From contig JAJRVJ010000010.1 of assembly GCA_024277435.1 (NCBI GenBank), forward strand, positions 23,663-87,662: a stretch of DNA of 64,000 nt, in the 5' to 3' direction. The stretch comes from Patescibacteria group bacterium (lineage in GTDB: Bacteria > Patescibacteriota > Patescibacteriia > UBA9570). Numbering within the stretch: position 1 is the stretch's first letter; every line of letters begins with the position of its first letter. The notes below the pieces were generated by a model. It saw only the letters and a program-made list of their open reading frames with translations. It was not told where the DNA came from and searched no databases. Positions 22,590-32,340 of the stretch are shown piece by piece. A program made the translations under genes and the position numbers.

Positions 22590-23006
22590 ATGGAAAAAAC
22601 ATTGACTCTAAAACTCATCACTCCTGCTAAAACTGTTTTTGAGCAGGAAGTGGAGCAAGTGATTTTACCAACTGAGGCTGGTGAAATCACTGTATTGCCA
22701 AAACATACCTACTTGGTGAGCATTCTTAAACCAGGTGAAATGCTAGTAACTGCCGATGGGAAAGAATCGCCCGTAGCCGTAGCAGGAGGCGTTATTGAAA
22801 TGTATGATAATACATTAGTAATCTTGGCTGACTCCGCGGAGCATCCAACGGAAATTAATGTAGAGGAAGCAGAGAAACGTGCGGAAGAGTTGGCTCGAGA
22901 AATTGAGCAGCAAACCGACATGGACTTGAATACCTATAATACATTGCAGCACTCACTTGCGCATGAGCAAGCCCGCTTACGTACTGGTAAAAAGTGGCGG
23001 AAATAA
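22590..23006 (+). CDS. atpC: ATP synthase F1 subunit epsilon
   Basis: LITPAK, GEITVLPKH, C-terminal helices. Confidence 0.95.
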   Translation: MEKTLTLKLITPAKTVFEQEVEQVILPTEAGEITVLPKHTYLVSILKPGEMLVTADGKESPVAVAGGVIEMYDNTLVILADSAEHPTEINVEEAEKRAEELAREIEQQTDMDLNTYNTLQHSLAHEQARLRTGKKWRK

Positions 23007-23010
23007 TCAA

Positions 23011-23691
23011 CTAGTACTTCTCGATAATTTCTTGCTGCTGACGAACTTTAACGATAGAGTTCGCAGGAATCACTCCACGGATAACAGACCCCGGATAAAT
23101 GGTGGTCTGTTTTCCTATTATAGTTCCAGGATTCAATAATGCATTACTCCCCAACTCTACCTCATCACCAATAATCGCACCTAACTTTGTCATTCCCGTT
23201 GAATAACTATCATCGCCATGCTTCACGATAATTTCTGAACCATCGCTTTTTTGATTTGAAGTAGCTGCTCCACCACCAAAATGAGCTTTCCAACCGACTA
23301 AGCTATCTCCTATGTAGCTGAAGTGAGGTATGTGTGCTCCATTAAATATAAGAACATTTTTTATTTCAGTACTATTACCAATCACGCAATTATTCCCAAT
23401 TAACACATTGCCACGAATAAATGCACCCGGACGAAATTCACAATTCTCGCCAATAATAGCGGGTCCCACTATTACAACGTTCGGTCCAATCACAGTACCT
23501 TTGCCAATTTGCACATCACCCTCAATAACTACAGATTTATGAATGGTTACCCCGTTATTACCAGCACTTACGTGATCTGTACAATAACGTGAGATGCGTG
23601 GGACAACTTCCCATACCTGATTAATGTCATCAAAAATATCAGAAAATTGTGTTTCTTTTAGATTGAATAAATCTTCTGTAGTTGGAAACAT
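23011..23691 (-). CDS. Stand-alone GlmU-like glucosamine-1-phosphate N-acetyltransferase (left-handed beta-helix)
   Basis: Hexapeptide repeats, EIKN, PHFSYIGDS, KLGAIIGD; no nucleotidyltransferase domain. Confidence 0.8.
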   Translation of the reverse strand: MFPTTEDLFNLKETQFSDIFDDINQVWEVVPRISRYCTDHVSAGNNGVTIHKSVVIEGDVQIGKGTVIGPNVVIVGPAIIGENCEFRPGAFIRGNVLIGNNCVIGNSTEIKNVLIFNGAHIPHFSYIGDSLVGWKAHFGGGAATSNQKSDGSEIIVKHGDDSYSTGMTKLGAIIGDEVELGSNALLNPGTIIGKQTTIYPGSVIRGVIPANSIVKVRQQQEIIEKY

Positions 23692-23696
23692 ATATT

Positions 23697-24641
23697 TTAT
23701 TTAAGTAACTTAACCTGCTCAATCTTTCCAGATAGTTTACTATAATCTGTATTCACCCGGTCAAGCGCGCCTTTTGCATTAGAAATATGTGTATTAAGCA
23801 CCCCTAGAGAATCTCCAAATTTTGTTGAATCTTTAGCAATCGCTTCAATTGTTTTTAAAATCTTGTTAGCCTGCTCCTCGATCCGCTTTCCTTGCATTCC
23901 CATCAAAATAACTCTAAGGAAATAGTAAAAACTATTAGGAGAAACCAACATTACTTTTTCCTCTATCGCTACCGAATTTAGATCTTCATCATCTCGAATC
24001 ACCTCATAATATACAGCCTCTGAAGGAATGTACATCACAGCAAAATTTACCGTACCTTCGTCTGGAAGAATATATTTTTTAGAAATGTCTTTAATATGTT
24101 TCTTTACATCTCTGCGGAATAATTTACGAAATTTCTCTTCCTCTTCGATAGAATCTGCTGTTACGAGTTTATCAAAATTTTCTAATGGGAATTTAGAATC
24201 GATTCCAATGAATCCATTGTCAGTTTTAAGGATAGCGTCTACCATTTCTCCTCCTTTAAACTTATATTGCATTTCAAAATATCCATGCGGAAAATGTTGA
24301 CTCAATAAATCCTGTAACACCTGCTCACCTATATTACCGCGCAATTTTGGTGACTTCAAAAAATTCTGCAAATCTCGCATCTGCGAACCCATTTCTTGAA
24401 CCTTCCCTAGCTCTGTACTTACCTGTGCAATTACTTTTGCGGCATTATCTAATCGGGTATTCATACCCTCCCCTACCTTATCTAAGCGCACTTGCATACC
24501 CTGAACATTTTGATTCAACATAGATAGTGCCTGAGAGTCGTTTTTCTGCTCTGTAAGCTGTTTTATACGCTTATCCAGAAGAACATACACAACAGCCAAG
24601 CCTGCCAGTAAAATAGCTGAAATTATAAGAATATCGATCAT
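23697..24641 (-). CDS. rmuC: DNA recombination protein RmuC family
   Basis: N-terminal TM and coiled coil, RGNIGE, IDSKFP, KKYI, FAVMYIPSE. Confidence 0.92.
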   Translation of the reverse strand: MIDILIISAILLAGLAVVYVLLDKRIKQLTEQKNDSQALSMLNQNVQGMQVRLDKVGEGMNTRLDNAAKVIAQVSTELGKVQEMGSQMRDLQNFLKSPKLRGNIGEQVLQDLLSQHFPHGYFEMQYKFKGGEMVDAILKTDNGFIGIDSKFPLENFDKLVTADSIEEEEKFRKLFRRDVKKHIKDISKKYILPDEGTVNFAVMYIPSEAVYYEVIRDDEDLNSVAIEEKVMLVSPNSFYYFLRVILMGMQGKRIEEQANKILKTIEAIAKDSTKFGDSLGVLNTHISNAKGALDRVNTDYSKLSGKIEQVKLLK

Positions 24642-24653
24642 ATGTGGATAGTA

Positions 24654-25535
24654 TCAGGAAATCTTAAACAACTCAAATGCATTTTTTGTGGTCTGCTCAG
24701 CTAGTTCTTCAATCGTCATATTTAACTGTTTTGCCACAGATTCTGCAACGTGTTTTACATATGCAGGCTCATTACGCTTACCACGATGTGGTGCAGGTGT
24801 GAGATATGGCGCATCAGTTTCTAACACTAACCGATCTAATGGAGTTACCTGAAGAGCTTTTTGCACTTCCTTGGCATTATCAAACGTAACAATACCTGTG
24901 TAACCAATATGTAAGCCAAGCTCTACAAATTCTGGAATATATCTTGCGGTTCCTGTGTAGCAATGAACAACCCCACGCACCGATCCATTATATTTTTTGA
25001 GTAGCGTTAATAAATCATCAAATGCTTGCACTGTATCGTCAGTATGCTTCTCTGCGTCACGACAATGAATAACCACTGCTAAATTCAACTCTTGTGCAAG
25101 AGCTATGTGCTGACGTAATGTATCTACTTGTTGCACAATAAGTTGCTCTCGTAAATGCTGTAGGTTTGATCGTTCAAAGTGTAGATAGTCTAAACCACAC
25201 TCCCCGATAGCAATCACCTTATCCGATGATTGAGCAAGTTGTTTATATTTTTCGTAATCAAATTGTTCGGCCCGAGCTCGAATTTTTTGCGTCTTACCCT
25301 CAATTTCTTGCTCCTCTGTAACATTAGAAAACAAATGAATTGGATGAACTCCTACCGATGCCCAAACGCCAGCTTCAAACTCTTCAGCTATTTCTACTGA
25401 TCGTTGTGAGGACTCCCATTGTGAACCAACATTATTAATCAACACCCCAGCATCAAGAGCTCTCTGTAAAACCTCCTTATAATCTTTGGTAAACGGTTGA
25501 AAATTAACGTGTGTATGTGTATCGAATAACTGCAT
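24654..25535 (-). CDS. tatD: TatD family hydrolase
   Basis: DTHTH, GVHP, IGECGLDY, IHCR, HCY, LETDAPY. Confidence 0.93.
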   Translation of the reverse strand: MQLFDTHTHVNFQPFTKDYKEVLQRALDAGVLINNVGSQWESSQRSVEIAEEFEAGVWASVGVHPIHLFSNVTEEQEIEGKTQKIRARAEQFDYEKYKQLAQSSDKVIAIGECGLDYLHFERSNLQHLREQLIVQQVDTLRQHIALAQELNLAVVIHCRDAEKHTDDTVQAFDDLLTLLKKYNGSVRGVVHCYTGTARYIPEFVELGLHIGYTGIVTFDNAKEVQKALQVTPLDRLVLETDAPYLTPAPHRGKRNEPAYVKHVAESVAKQLNMTIEELAEQTTKNAFELFKIS

Positions 25536-25536
25536 G

Positions 25537-26037
25537 TTATTCCAAAATTGTTGGTAAGTCCGATAGCTCAGATGGCAAAATCCATGAGATAGCTACGCTA
25601 ATAGCTATAAGTATTGCGGCTAGTCGTGATTCAACGATTGTTTGCGTTAGCACATCACTAATTTCTATACGCGATAGAAAAAATAATACAATAGATAAAA
25701 ATAATGTATTTGCAATTAAACTTACAATACCACCTAATAAACGGTTGGCAGTCTTTAAAAATGGAAACCAGGAAACTATTTTGAATACACGATTTGCAAT
25801 ATAGGCTACCAGCCCACTAAGTGCCGCAATTCCACCAAGTATAAGAATAAAGGCCAGGAGTTTACTTGATGGAAATCCACTAAATATAGTGGCAATTTCA
25901 TTATAGTATTCACCGGCAACGTAGATACCTACTAATACCCCAATCACCGTTCCAACCCAATACACCACACCAGTTCTAGCGCCTACAAGGAAGCCCATAA
26001 TCAGCCAAATAATAATTATCCAATCGAGAATATTCAT
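25537..26037 (-). CDS. CvpA (colicin V production) family membrane protein
   Basis: MNILDWII, NRLLGG motif, four TMs. Confidence 0.85.
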   Translation of the reverse strand: MNILDWIIIIWLIMGFLVGARTGVVYWVGTVIGVLVGIYVAGEYYNEIATIFSGFPSSKLLAFILILGGIAALSGLVAYIANRVFKIVSWFPFLKTANRLLGGIVSLIANTLFLSIVLFFLSRIEISDVLTQTIVESRLAAILIAISVAISWILPSELSDLPTILE

Positions 26038-26049
26038 AATGTATGCATG

Positions 26050-27495
26050 TTAAAGAATGCGCGGAAATAGTGGCGGCATTTTATTAATTTTCTCTTTCTC
26101 GAAGTGCTCTAAAATAGCCTTTGAAGCTTTAGGCATAAATGGCTCGATAGCTAAGCCAATATCCCGAATCATTACAACGAGCTTACCTAGCACCTCTTCT
26201 AATTTATCCACATTACTCACGGCATGTAATTCCCATGGCTTTTCATCCTCAACAATCTTATTAGCCAATCGTACAATAACCCAGGCTTTTTCTAGTGCCT
26301 CATTAAAGCGATATTGACTGATCAATAATTGCACATCTTCTAGATCATATTCTTGCTCGTCACTATCCACTACCGGCACGACACCATCCGCATATCGTTC
26401 TACCATATTGGATACTCGGCTTACTAAATTGCCCAAATCATTTGCTAAATCTGAATTATAGCGATCCACAAACTTTTGTTCCGAATAATCACCATCGTTA
26501 GCTGCTGGTATTTCTCGTAGTAGAAAATATCTCACTGCATCACTACCATAGCTATGCACTAATTCAAATGGATCAATTACATTACCTAAGGACTTACTCA
26601 TTTTTTGACCCTCTACAGAAATATACCCATGGACAAAAATGGATTTAGGAATTGGTAATCCTGCGGATAATAACATTGCGGGCCAATAAATTGCATGAAA
26701 TCGTGAAATTCCTTTTCCAATCACATGGAGATCAGCCGGCCAATACTTATCGAATTTACGTGTATCATCCGAGCCATACCCTAGACCAGTAATATAATTA
26801 CTTAACGCATCAAACCACACGTACATCACCTGATTATCATCACCAGGAACTGATACTCCCCAATTTTTAGCACGCTCTTTGGAACGAGAGATTGAAAAAT
26901 CCTCCAATCCCATTTTAATGAACTGAGTAATTTCATTCTTTCTAAAATCAGGAGTAATTTTCAATTCACCAGACTCAATAAGATTAAGTAGAATATTTGC
27001 ATAATTAGATAACTTGAAAAAATAATTCTCCTCCTCAACAATTTCGGGAACCGTTAAATGCTCCGGGCACTCACCATTAACAAGATCTTTTTCTGTATAA
27101 AATGTTTCACAGCCAACACAGTAATGCCCTTTGTATGTTTTTTTATAAATATCCTCAGGTTTGCAGTTAGCCCATAATTGTTGAGCACCCTTATGATGAT
27201 GCTCTGATGAAGTGCGAATGAAATCATCTATGGAAATATCTAAATCTTTAGTGAGATCAAGAAAAATATCAGCATATTTATCACATAATTCTTGTGTAGA
27301 AACACCAGCGTCTTCAGCTGCTCGCACATTTTTTAAGCTATTCTCATCTACTCCGCTTAAAAAATAGGTATCATTTCCAATTAAACGATTATAGCGAGCA
27401 ATTACATCCGATTGTACAAATTCCAATGCATGCCCAATGTGAGGGGCGCCATTAACGTACGGAATTGCGGTTGTTAAATAAAACTTTGCGCTCAT
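26050..27495 (-). CDS. metG: Methionine--tRNA ligase (short form)
   Basis: YVNGAPHIGH, YVWFDAL, KMSKSLGN. Confidence 0.97.
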   Translation of the reverse strand: MSAKFYLTTAIPYVNGAPHIGHALEFVQSDVIARYNRLIGNDTYFLSGVDENSLKNVRAAEDAGVSTQELCDKYADIFLDLTKDLDISIDDFIRTSSEHHHKGAQQLWANCKPEDIYKKTYKGHYCVGCETFYTEKDLVNGECPEHLTVPEIVEEENYFFKLSNYANILLNLIESGELKITPDFRKNEITQFIKMGLEDFSISRSKERAKNWGVSVPGDDNQVMYVWFDALSNYITGLGYGSDDTRKFDKYWPADLHVIGKGISRFHAIYWPAMLLSAGLPIPKSIFVHGYISVEGQKMSKSLGNVIDPFELVHSYGSDAVRYFLLREIPAANDGDYSEQKFVDRYNSDLANDLGNLVSRVSNMVERYADGVVPVVDSDEQEYDLEDVQLLISQYRFNEALEKAWVIVRLANKIVEDEKPWELHAVSNVDKLEEVLGKLVVMIRDIGLAIEPFMPKASKAILEHFEKEKINKMPPLFPRIL

Positions 27496-27501
27496 ATTAC
27501 A

Positions 27502-28566
27502 TTATTCCTCTAAACGATTTTGTTCTTCTTTTCGTGCATCAATAAAGTCTTCAAGAAACACTCCGATGATGGTTACTAATGGCACTGCTAGCAACATACC
27601 AATGAGGCCTGCTAATTTCGCACCAATTAATAGAGCTACAATCACAACCACAGGATTAAGACCAACTGCTTTGCGCATTATGCGCGGTACTAATATTTGA
27701 TTTTCAATTTGTTGAATTGCAATAAATACAATAATAACCACAACGAATTTCCATGGCTGTGTAGTAAAATCCGTAAGTGCGAAAAATACAGCTGGCACAG
27801 CTGCTACAACGGGACCAATTATTGGGATGAATTCGGTTAGACCAGCCACTAATCCAAGTACTAAGGCGTATTTCACTCCTAGTAACCATAGTACAACCCC
27901 GGAAATAATGCCCACAAAAAACATCAAGATAATTTGTCCCCATAACCACGAACTTAGCTTGCGCTGAATTTGATTCAGTTTGCGATTCATATAGGGTTGA
28001 TAGTGCACCGGCGTGATTGAAGAAATGAATTTTTTAATACCATTTTCCTCAACGGTCATATAGAAAGCAATCATCATAATACCTACTACTGTAACGATTC
28101 CGCCAAATAGCGATACGATGGCATTATACAAACTTGATGAAATATTTGTGAGGCTTTCTACCGTAGTATCAAGCGCCTCTTGTAACGTCTGTAATACTCC
28201 AGCATCCTGACCTGTTTGTCGTACATTTTCTATTGCATCCTGAATTGGCTGGTAATATGCTGGGAAATTATTTGCGATACTAGATAATTCATTTGTTATC
28301 GGAGGAACCATCAATATAACAACTCCGGCGAGAATTGATAAAATAACTAAATAGATAGCCAAAATACCAATCCCGCGTGGCACATGATGACGCTCTAGCT
28401 TATCAATAAGTGGATCAAGAGCTGAAGCAAATACCCAAGCTACAAATACAATGGCGATAATGTCACGAATAGCCCATACAAAAAATATACCAAGTACAAC
28501 TAATAATACTTTAACGATTGTAAGGGATGAGATATTTACTTGAACTGGAGGTTGTGATCGAGACAT
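27502..28566 (-). CDS. AI-2E (PerM) family transporter
   Basis: Multi-TM; FIPIIGP, QQIENQILVPRIM, GLNP. Confidence 0.9.
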   Translation of the reverse strand: MSRSQPPVQVNISSLTIVKVLLVVLGIFFVWAIRDIIAIVFVAWVFASALDPLIDKLERHHVPRGIGILAIYLVILSILAGVVILMVPPITNELSSIANNFPAYYQPIQDAIENVRQTGQDAGVLQTLQEALDTTVESLTNISSSLYNAIVSLFGGIVTVVGIMMIAFYMTVEENGIKKFISSITPVHYQPYMNRKLNQIQRKLSSWLWGQIILMFFVGIISGVVLWLLGVKYALVLGLVAGLTEFIPIIGPVVAAVPAVFFALTDFTTQPWKFVVVIIVFIAIQQIENQILVPRIMRKAVGLNPVVVIVALLIGAKLAGLIGMLLAVPLVTIIGVFLEDFIDARKEEQNRLEE

Positions 28567-28574
28567 GATTATTA

Positions 28575-29846
28575 TTACAGCTGAATCACTTTACCGATTT
28601 GTTGCGTTGATCGGTGCGGCCCTATCGACGCAATATTTATTCGCTGTTTTGTGAATATGCTACGAGCAATACGTTGCACGTCTTTACTAGTTACTTTATC
28701 AAAGGCTTTCATCTTTACAGTAGGAGATATTAGCTTGCCCGTCAAGACTGATTGCTTGCCATACCATGATGCCAATGAAGAAGAATTCTCCAGCTGCAAC
28801 AATAACTGACCTCTGATATATTCTTTTGCATTCGCTAGCTCTTCATCCGTTACTAACTCTTCTTTCATTTTACGTAACTCTTCCATAATCGCCTTTACCG
28901 CTGGGGTTAATCGTGTTTTATCTAAACCTGCTTGAATAGATAGCACTCCCGTATCTGTATAAGAGCTTACCGAACTACGAATTACATAGCACAATCCTTT
29001 TCGTTCCCGAATATTAATGAATAAGCGAGAGCTCATGTTACCACCAAGAATTGTTGAAAGTATTGATAAAACTGCCAGATCTTTGTGCTTATATGGCAAG
29101 GCTTCAAACCCTATGGATATTTGAGTTTGTTGCGTAGCTTTATACATATGCAAGAACTGCGGCTTCGTTTGATACGAAGTAAATTTTTTGTATTTCTTCG
29201 AAGTTGCTTTACCATTAGGTTGTTTCGCAAAATATTTTTGCACTAATCTATTGGCAGATGCATCTATCTTACCAGCTAACACTAAATGCATGTTACGTGA
29301 AGAATAGTGCTGACTTTTGTAATTCATAAATGACTTCCTAGACATATTCTTGATGTTCTTTTTATAACCAGCAATGTCACGACCAAGGGGATGGTTTTTT
29401 CTAAAAACAGACATCTCCATCAGCGTTTCAACATGCATCAATGGATTATCCTCATACATATTAATCTCTTCAAGAATCACTCCTCGCTCGCGTTGAATTT
29501 CCCCAGGATCAAACAATGAATGAAATAACATATCAGAAAATAAATCCAACGCTAATTCCAGGTGGTTAGCAGCAACTTTAATATAATACGCAGTGTGATC
29601 CTTTGAGGTGTACGCATTATATTCAGCGCCCACTCCATCAAGCGCTTTAGAAATATCCAACGTAGAAGGGCGTTTCTCCGTACCCTTAAACATGAGATGC
29701 TCTAGAAAATGTGAGATACCGCTATTACTTGCTGTTTCGTGACGTGAACCCACTGGAACCAGCAACATTACCGTTACTGCACCCGTGTCATGTTGCGGAA
29801 TTTTTACAACTGTTAATCCATTTTTAAGTTTTTTTTGTGTAACCAT
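28575..29846 (-). CDS. M16 (pitrilysin/insulinase) family zinc peptidase
   Basis: GISHFLEHLMFKGT (HxxEH), NAYTS, SSRLF..IRE. Confidence 0.93.
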   Translation of the reverse strand: MVTQKKLKNGLTVVKIPQHDTGAVTVMLLVPVGSRHETASNSGISHFLEHLMFKGTEKRPSTLDISKALDGVGAEYNAYTSKDHTAYYIKVAANHLELALDLFSDMLFHSLFDPGEIQRERGVILEEINMYEDNPLMHVETLMEMSVFRKNHPLGRDIAGYKKNIKNMSRKSFMNYKSQHYSSRNMHLVLAGKIDASANRLVQKYFAKQPNGKATSKKYKKFTSYQTKPQFLHMYKATQQTQISIGFEALPYKHKDLAVLSILSTILGGNMSSRLFINIRERKGLCYVIRSSVSSYTDTGVLSIQAGLDKTRLTPAVKAIMEELRKMKEELVTDEELANAKEYIRGQLLLQLENSSSLASWYGKQSVLTGKLISPTVKMKAFDKVTSKDVQRIARSIFTKQRINIASIGPHRSTQQIGKVIQL

Positions 29847-29847
29847 A

Positions 29848-31224
29848 TTATTGTAAGGTTTTTTCCAGATAATTAACTACATCATCAATAGCAATGCGCT
29901 CTTGTTTCATGCTATCGCGTTCACGTATTGTTACAGCATTATCTTTAAGTGATTCAAAATCTATTGTAATACAATACGGCGTACCAATTTCATCTTGTCG
30001 GCGATAACGTTTACCAATACTTTGTGTTTCATCATATTCTGTTCGATACTTACCACCTAATATTGTGTAAAGTTTCTTTGCTACATCTTGTAATTCCAGC
30101 TTTTTTTGTAATGGAAGAATAGCAACTTGATACGGCGCGATAATATGTGGTAGGCGCATCACTACGCGCGTATTATCGTTAACAGTCTCTTCATCGTAGG
30201 CACTTACGAGCACGGCTAACATTGTGCGGTCTACACCCATTGAAGGCTCTATAACATGGGGAATAAACTTATTCTTTGGGTCCTGCGGATCGGTATAGAC
30301 AAGTTTCTCGCCAGAATGTTCCTGATGTTGAGATAAATCATAATTCGTACGATAGGCTAACCCCCATAATTCATCCTTACCAAATGGAAATTCAAAATCA
30401 AAATCAATTGTACGTTTTGAATAATGTGCTAGATCATTTTCCGGAATATCATCAGCGTGTAATTTTTCAGTATCAATACCAATCTTCACTGCCCATTCCT
30501 GCATCCATTTCTGCCATTCTTCAAATTTAGTCTCCCACTCCCCTTCTTCTACAAAATATTCTATCTCCATTTGTTCAAATTCAAGTGTGCGAAAAATAAA
30601 GTTACCGGGCGTAATTTCATTTCGAAACGCCTTACCAATTTGCGCAATACCAAATGGTAAGCGCTGCCGGCTACTTTGTAATACATTGCGGAAATTTACA
30701 AAAATAGCTTGCGCAGTTTCTGGCCGCATATATACATCGGTTCCAGAATCTGACACTGGACCAATCTTCGTGCTAAACATTAAATTAAACTGCTTAGGTG
30801 GTGTTAGCTCATTCCCGTCTGGACTAAGAATGTTATTATCAACAATAAGTTTCGCCATGTCTTCAAGAGATTTTCCTGCCATGGTTGTATCTAAGGCTTT
30901 CTCTAATAAATGATCAGCTCGATAGCGCTTATGGGTAACAACATCCTCAACTAAAGGATCATGAAACGTAGTAACGTGCCCGGAAGCCTCCCATACTTTG
31001 GGATTCATTAAAATAGCTCCATCTAAGCCAACCATATCTGGGCGACGTTCTACCACGTCTTGCCACCAAAGTTTTTTGATATTCATGCGTAATTGTGCAC
31101 CTAGTGGACCATAATCCCAGGTATTGGCTAAACCTCCGTAAATCTCAGAACCAGGAAACACAAAACCGCGTTGCTTGGCTAATGAAATAATTTTATCCAT
31201 TAATTTTGGATCAGTAGTGCTCAT
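29848..31224 (-). CDS. glyQS: Glycine--tRNA ligase, homodimeric type
   Basis: EIYGG, RPETAQ, FRNEITP, EPSMGVDR, IGKRYRRQDEIGTP. Confidence 0.96.
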   Translation of the reverse strand: MSTTDPKLMDKIISLAKQRGFVFPGSEIYGGLANTWDYGPLGAQLRMNIKKLWWQDVVERRPDMVGLDGAILMNPKVWEASGHVTTFHDPLVEDVVTHKRYRADHLLEKALDTTMAGKSLEDMAKLIVDNNILSPDGNELTPPKQFNLMFSTKIGPVSDSGTDVYMRPETAQAIFVNFRNVLQSSRQRLPFGIAQIGKAFRNEITPGNFIFRTLEFEQMEIEYFVEEGEWETKFEEWQKWMQEWAVKIGIDTEKLHADDIPENDLAHYSKRTIDFDFEFPFGKDELWGLAYRTNYDLSQHQEHSGEKLVYTDPQDPKNKFIPHVIEPSMGVDRTMLAVLVSAYDEETVNDNTRVVMRLPHIIAPYQVAILPLQKKLELQDVAKKLYTILGGKYRTEYDETQSIGKRYRRQDEIGTPYCITIDFESLKDNAVTIRERDSMKQERIAIDDVVNYLEKTLQ

Positions 31225-31263
31225 AATAATAATTATAAATAGGAATAAACTGGTACCACGATA

Positions 31264-31950
31264 TTACGTGAAACGATAAGATGATTGACGATAAATTATT
31301 CCATAGGTATAGCCAGTAACGGCCATGCCGAATCCAGCTGTTAAAAAATATCCAATGAAAAATACAAACATACCAAATGATGCAATCATTCCTGCTAAAT
31401 AGGCAATTGCTATTCCTAAAATGATATGCGCGAAATTTGTTTTAATGTATGCCCATAGTACTTTTGGATTAGCAGCAGTTCGAACATCAGCTCCAGCGGC
31501 AATAGCTGTAAATATTGCCGGCTGAACAAACCATAGCACCAAACTATACACCATCGATAATCCATAACCCAGAAAAGCAACAAGCGGTATAACTAATGCC
31601 AGCGCATCGGCATTAGGATTAGCTTCAAGAGCAATAATAACGACAATAATAAGCACTCCAATAAATGACCAAAGAATTGCCATTGGCAACAGATATACCA
31701 AGTTAGCCAAAAACCCACGTACGCCGAGTTTCCAGAACTCTCCCCATTCACTCCAGTCTGGCAGCATTGTATCACCGGCAACACCCTTTTGAATACAGCG
31801 AATAATATATCCAATAGTAAACGGAATACCCACAATGAACATGCTTAATGCCATCAATGCCCCACCCTGCAAGCAAAGCCTACTGAACCATTTTGGGTCC
31901 TGGAATGGAAACTTGATGATTTCGTTGAATTCTACACTGGAAATAGACAT
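31264..31950 (-). CDS. DUF4013 family membrane protein
   Basis: KFPF.D..W, GY, LPDW.EWG pattern; start moved to ATG 31948-31950. Confidence 0.8.
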   Translation of the reverse strand: MSISSVEFNEIIKFPFQDPKWFSRLCLQGGALMALSMFIVGIPFTIGYIIRCIQKGVAGDTMLPDWSEWGEFWKLGVRGFLANLVYLLPMAILWSFIGVLIIVVIIALEANPNADALALVIPLVAFLGYGLSMVYSLVLWFVQPAIFTAIAAGADVRTAANPKVLWAYIKTNFAHIILGIAIAYLAGMIASFGMFVFFIGYFLTAGFGMAVTGYTYGIIYRQSSYRFT

Positions 31951-31960
31951 AATCTTCAAT

Positions 31961-32011
31961 AGTATACTGGTTTGAACGTGTCTTGACAAGCTTTCATAAG
32001 GGTGATAGAAT
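31961..32011. promoter_or_regulatory. Bidirectional promoter sharing one palindromic -35 (CTTGACAAG)
   Basis: Plus strand: TTGACA(31983)-17-TAGAAT, 8 nt to rpmA ATG. Minus strand: TTGTCA-17-TATACT, 10 nt to the DUF4013 ATG. Confidence 0.75.
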
Positions 32012-32019
32012 TTTCCGGT

Positions 32020-32295
32020 ATGGCACACACAAAAGCAGGCGGCTCGACTAACCTGGGTCGCGATTCAAAATCCAAACGACTTGGTATTAAACGCTACGGA
32101 GGACAAACTGTTCAACCCGGTGACATTATTGTGCGACAACGTGGTACAAAATTTCATCCAGGGCAGAATGTACGACGCGGTGAAGATGATACCCTTTACT
32201 CGGTTTCTAACGGCACTATAGCTTTCACAACTAAAAAAGTGAGAAGTTTTACAGGAAAATTAGTCCGACGTAAATATGTAAATGTTGTAGCGTAA
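32020..32295 (+). CDS. rpmA: 50S ribosomal protein L27
   Basis: [28 protein letters not shown]. Confidence 0.98.
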   Translation: MAHTKAGGSTNLGRDSKSKRLGIKRYGGQTVQPGDIIVRQRGTKFHPGQNVRRGEDDTLYSVSNGTIAFTTKKVRSFTGKLVRRKYVNVVA

Positions 32296-32307
32296 AATCT
32301 CAACACT

Positions 32308-32340
32308 CAAAAAAACCCCTTGTTAGTAAGGGGTTTTTTG
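32308..32340. terminator. Bidirectional intrinsic terminator between rpmA and pyrG
   Basis: AAAAAACCCCTT-gttagt-AAGGGGTTTTTT hairpin with A/T tails between convergent genes. Confidence 0.88.
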
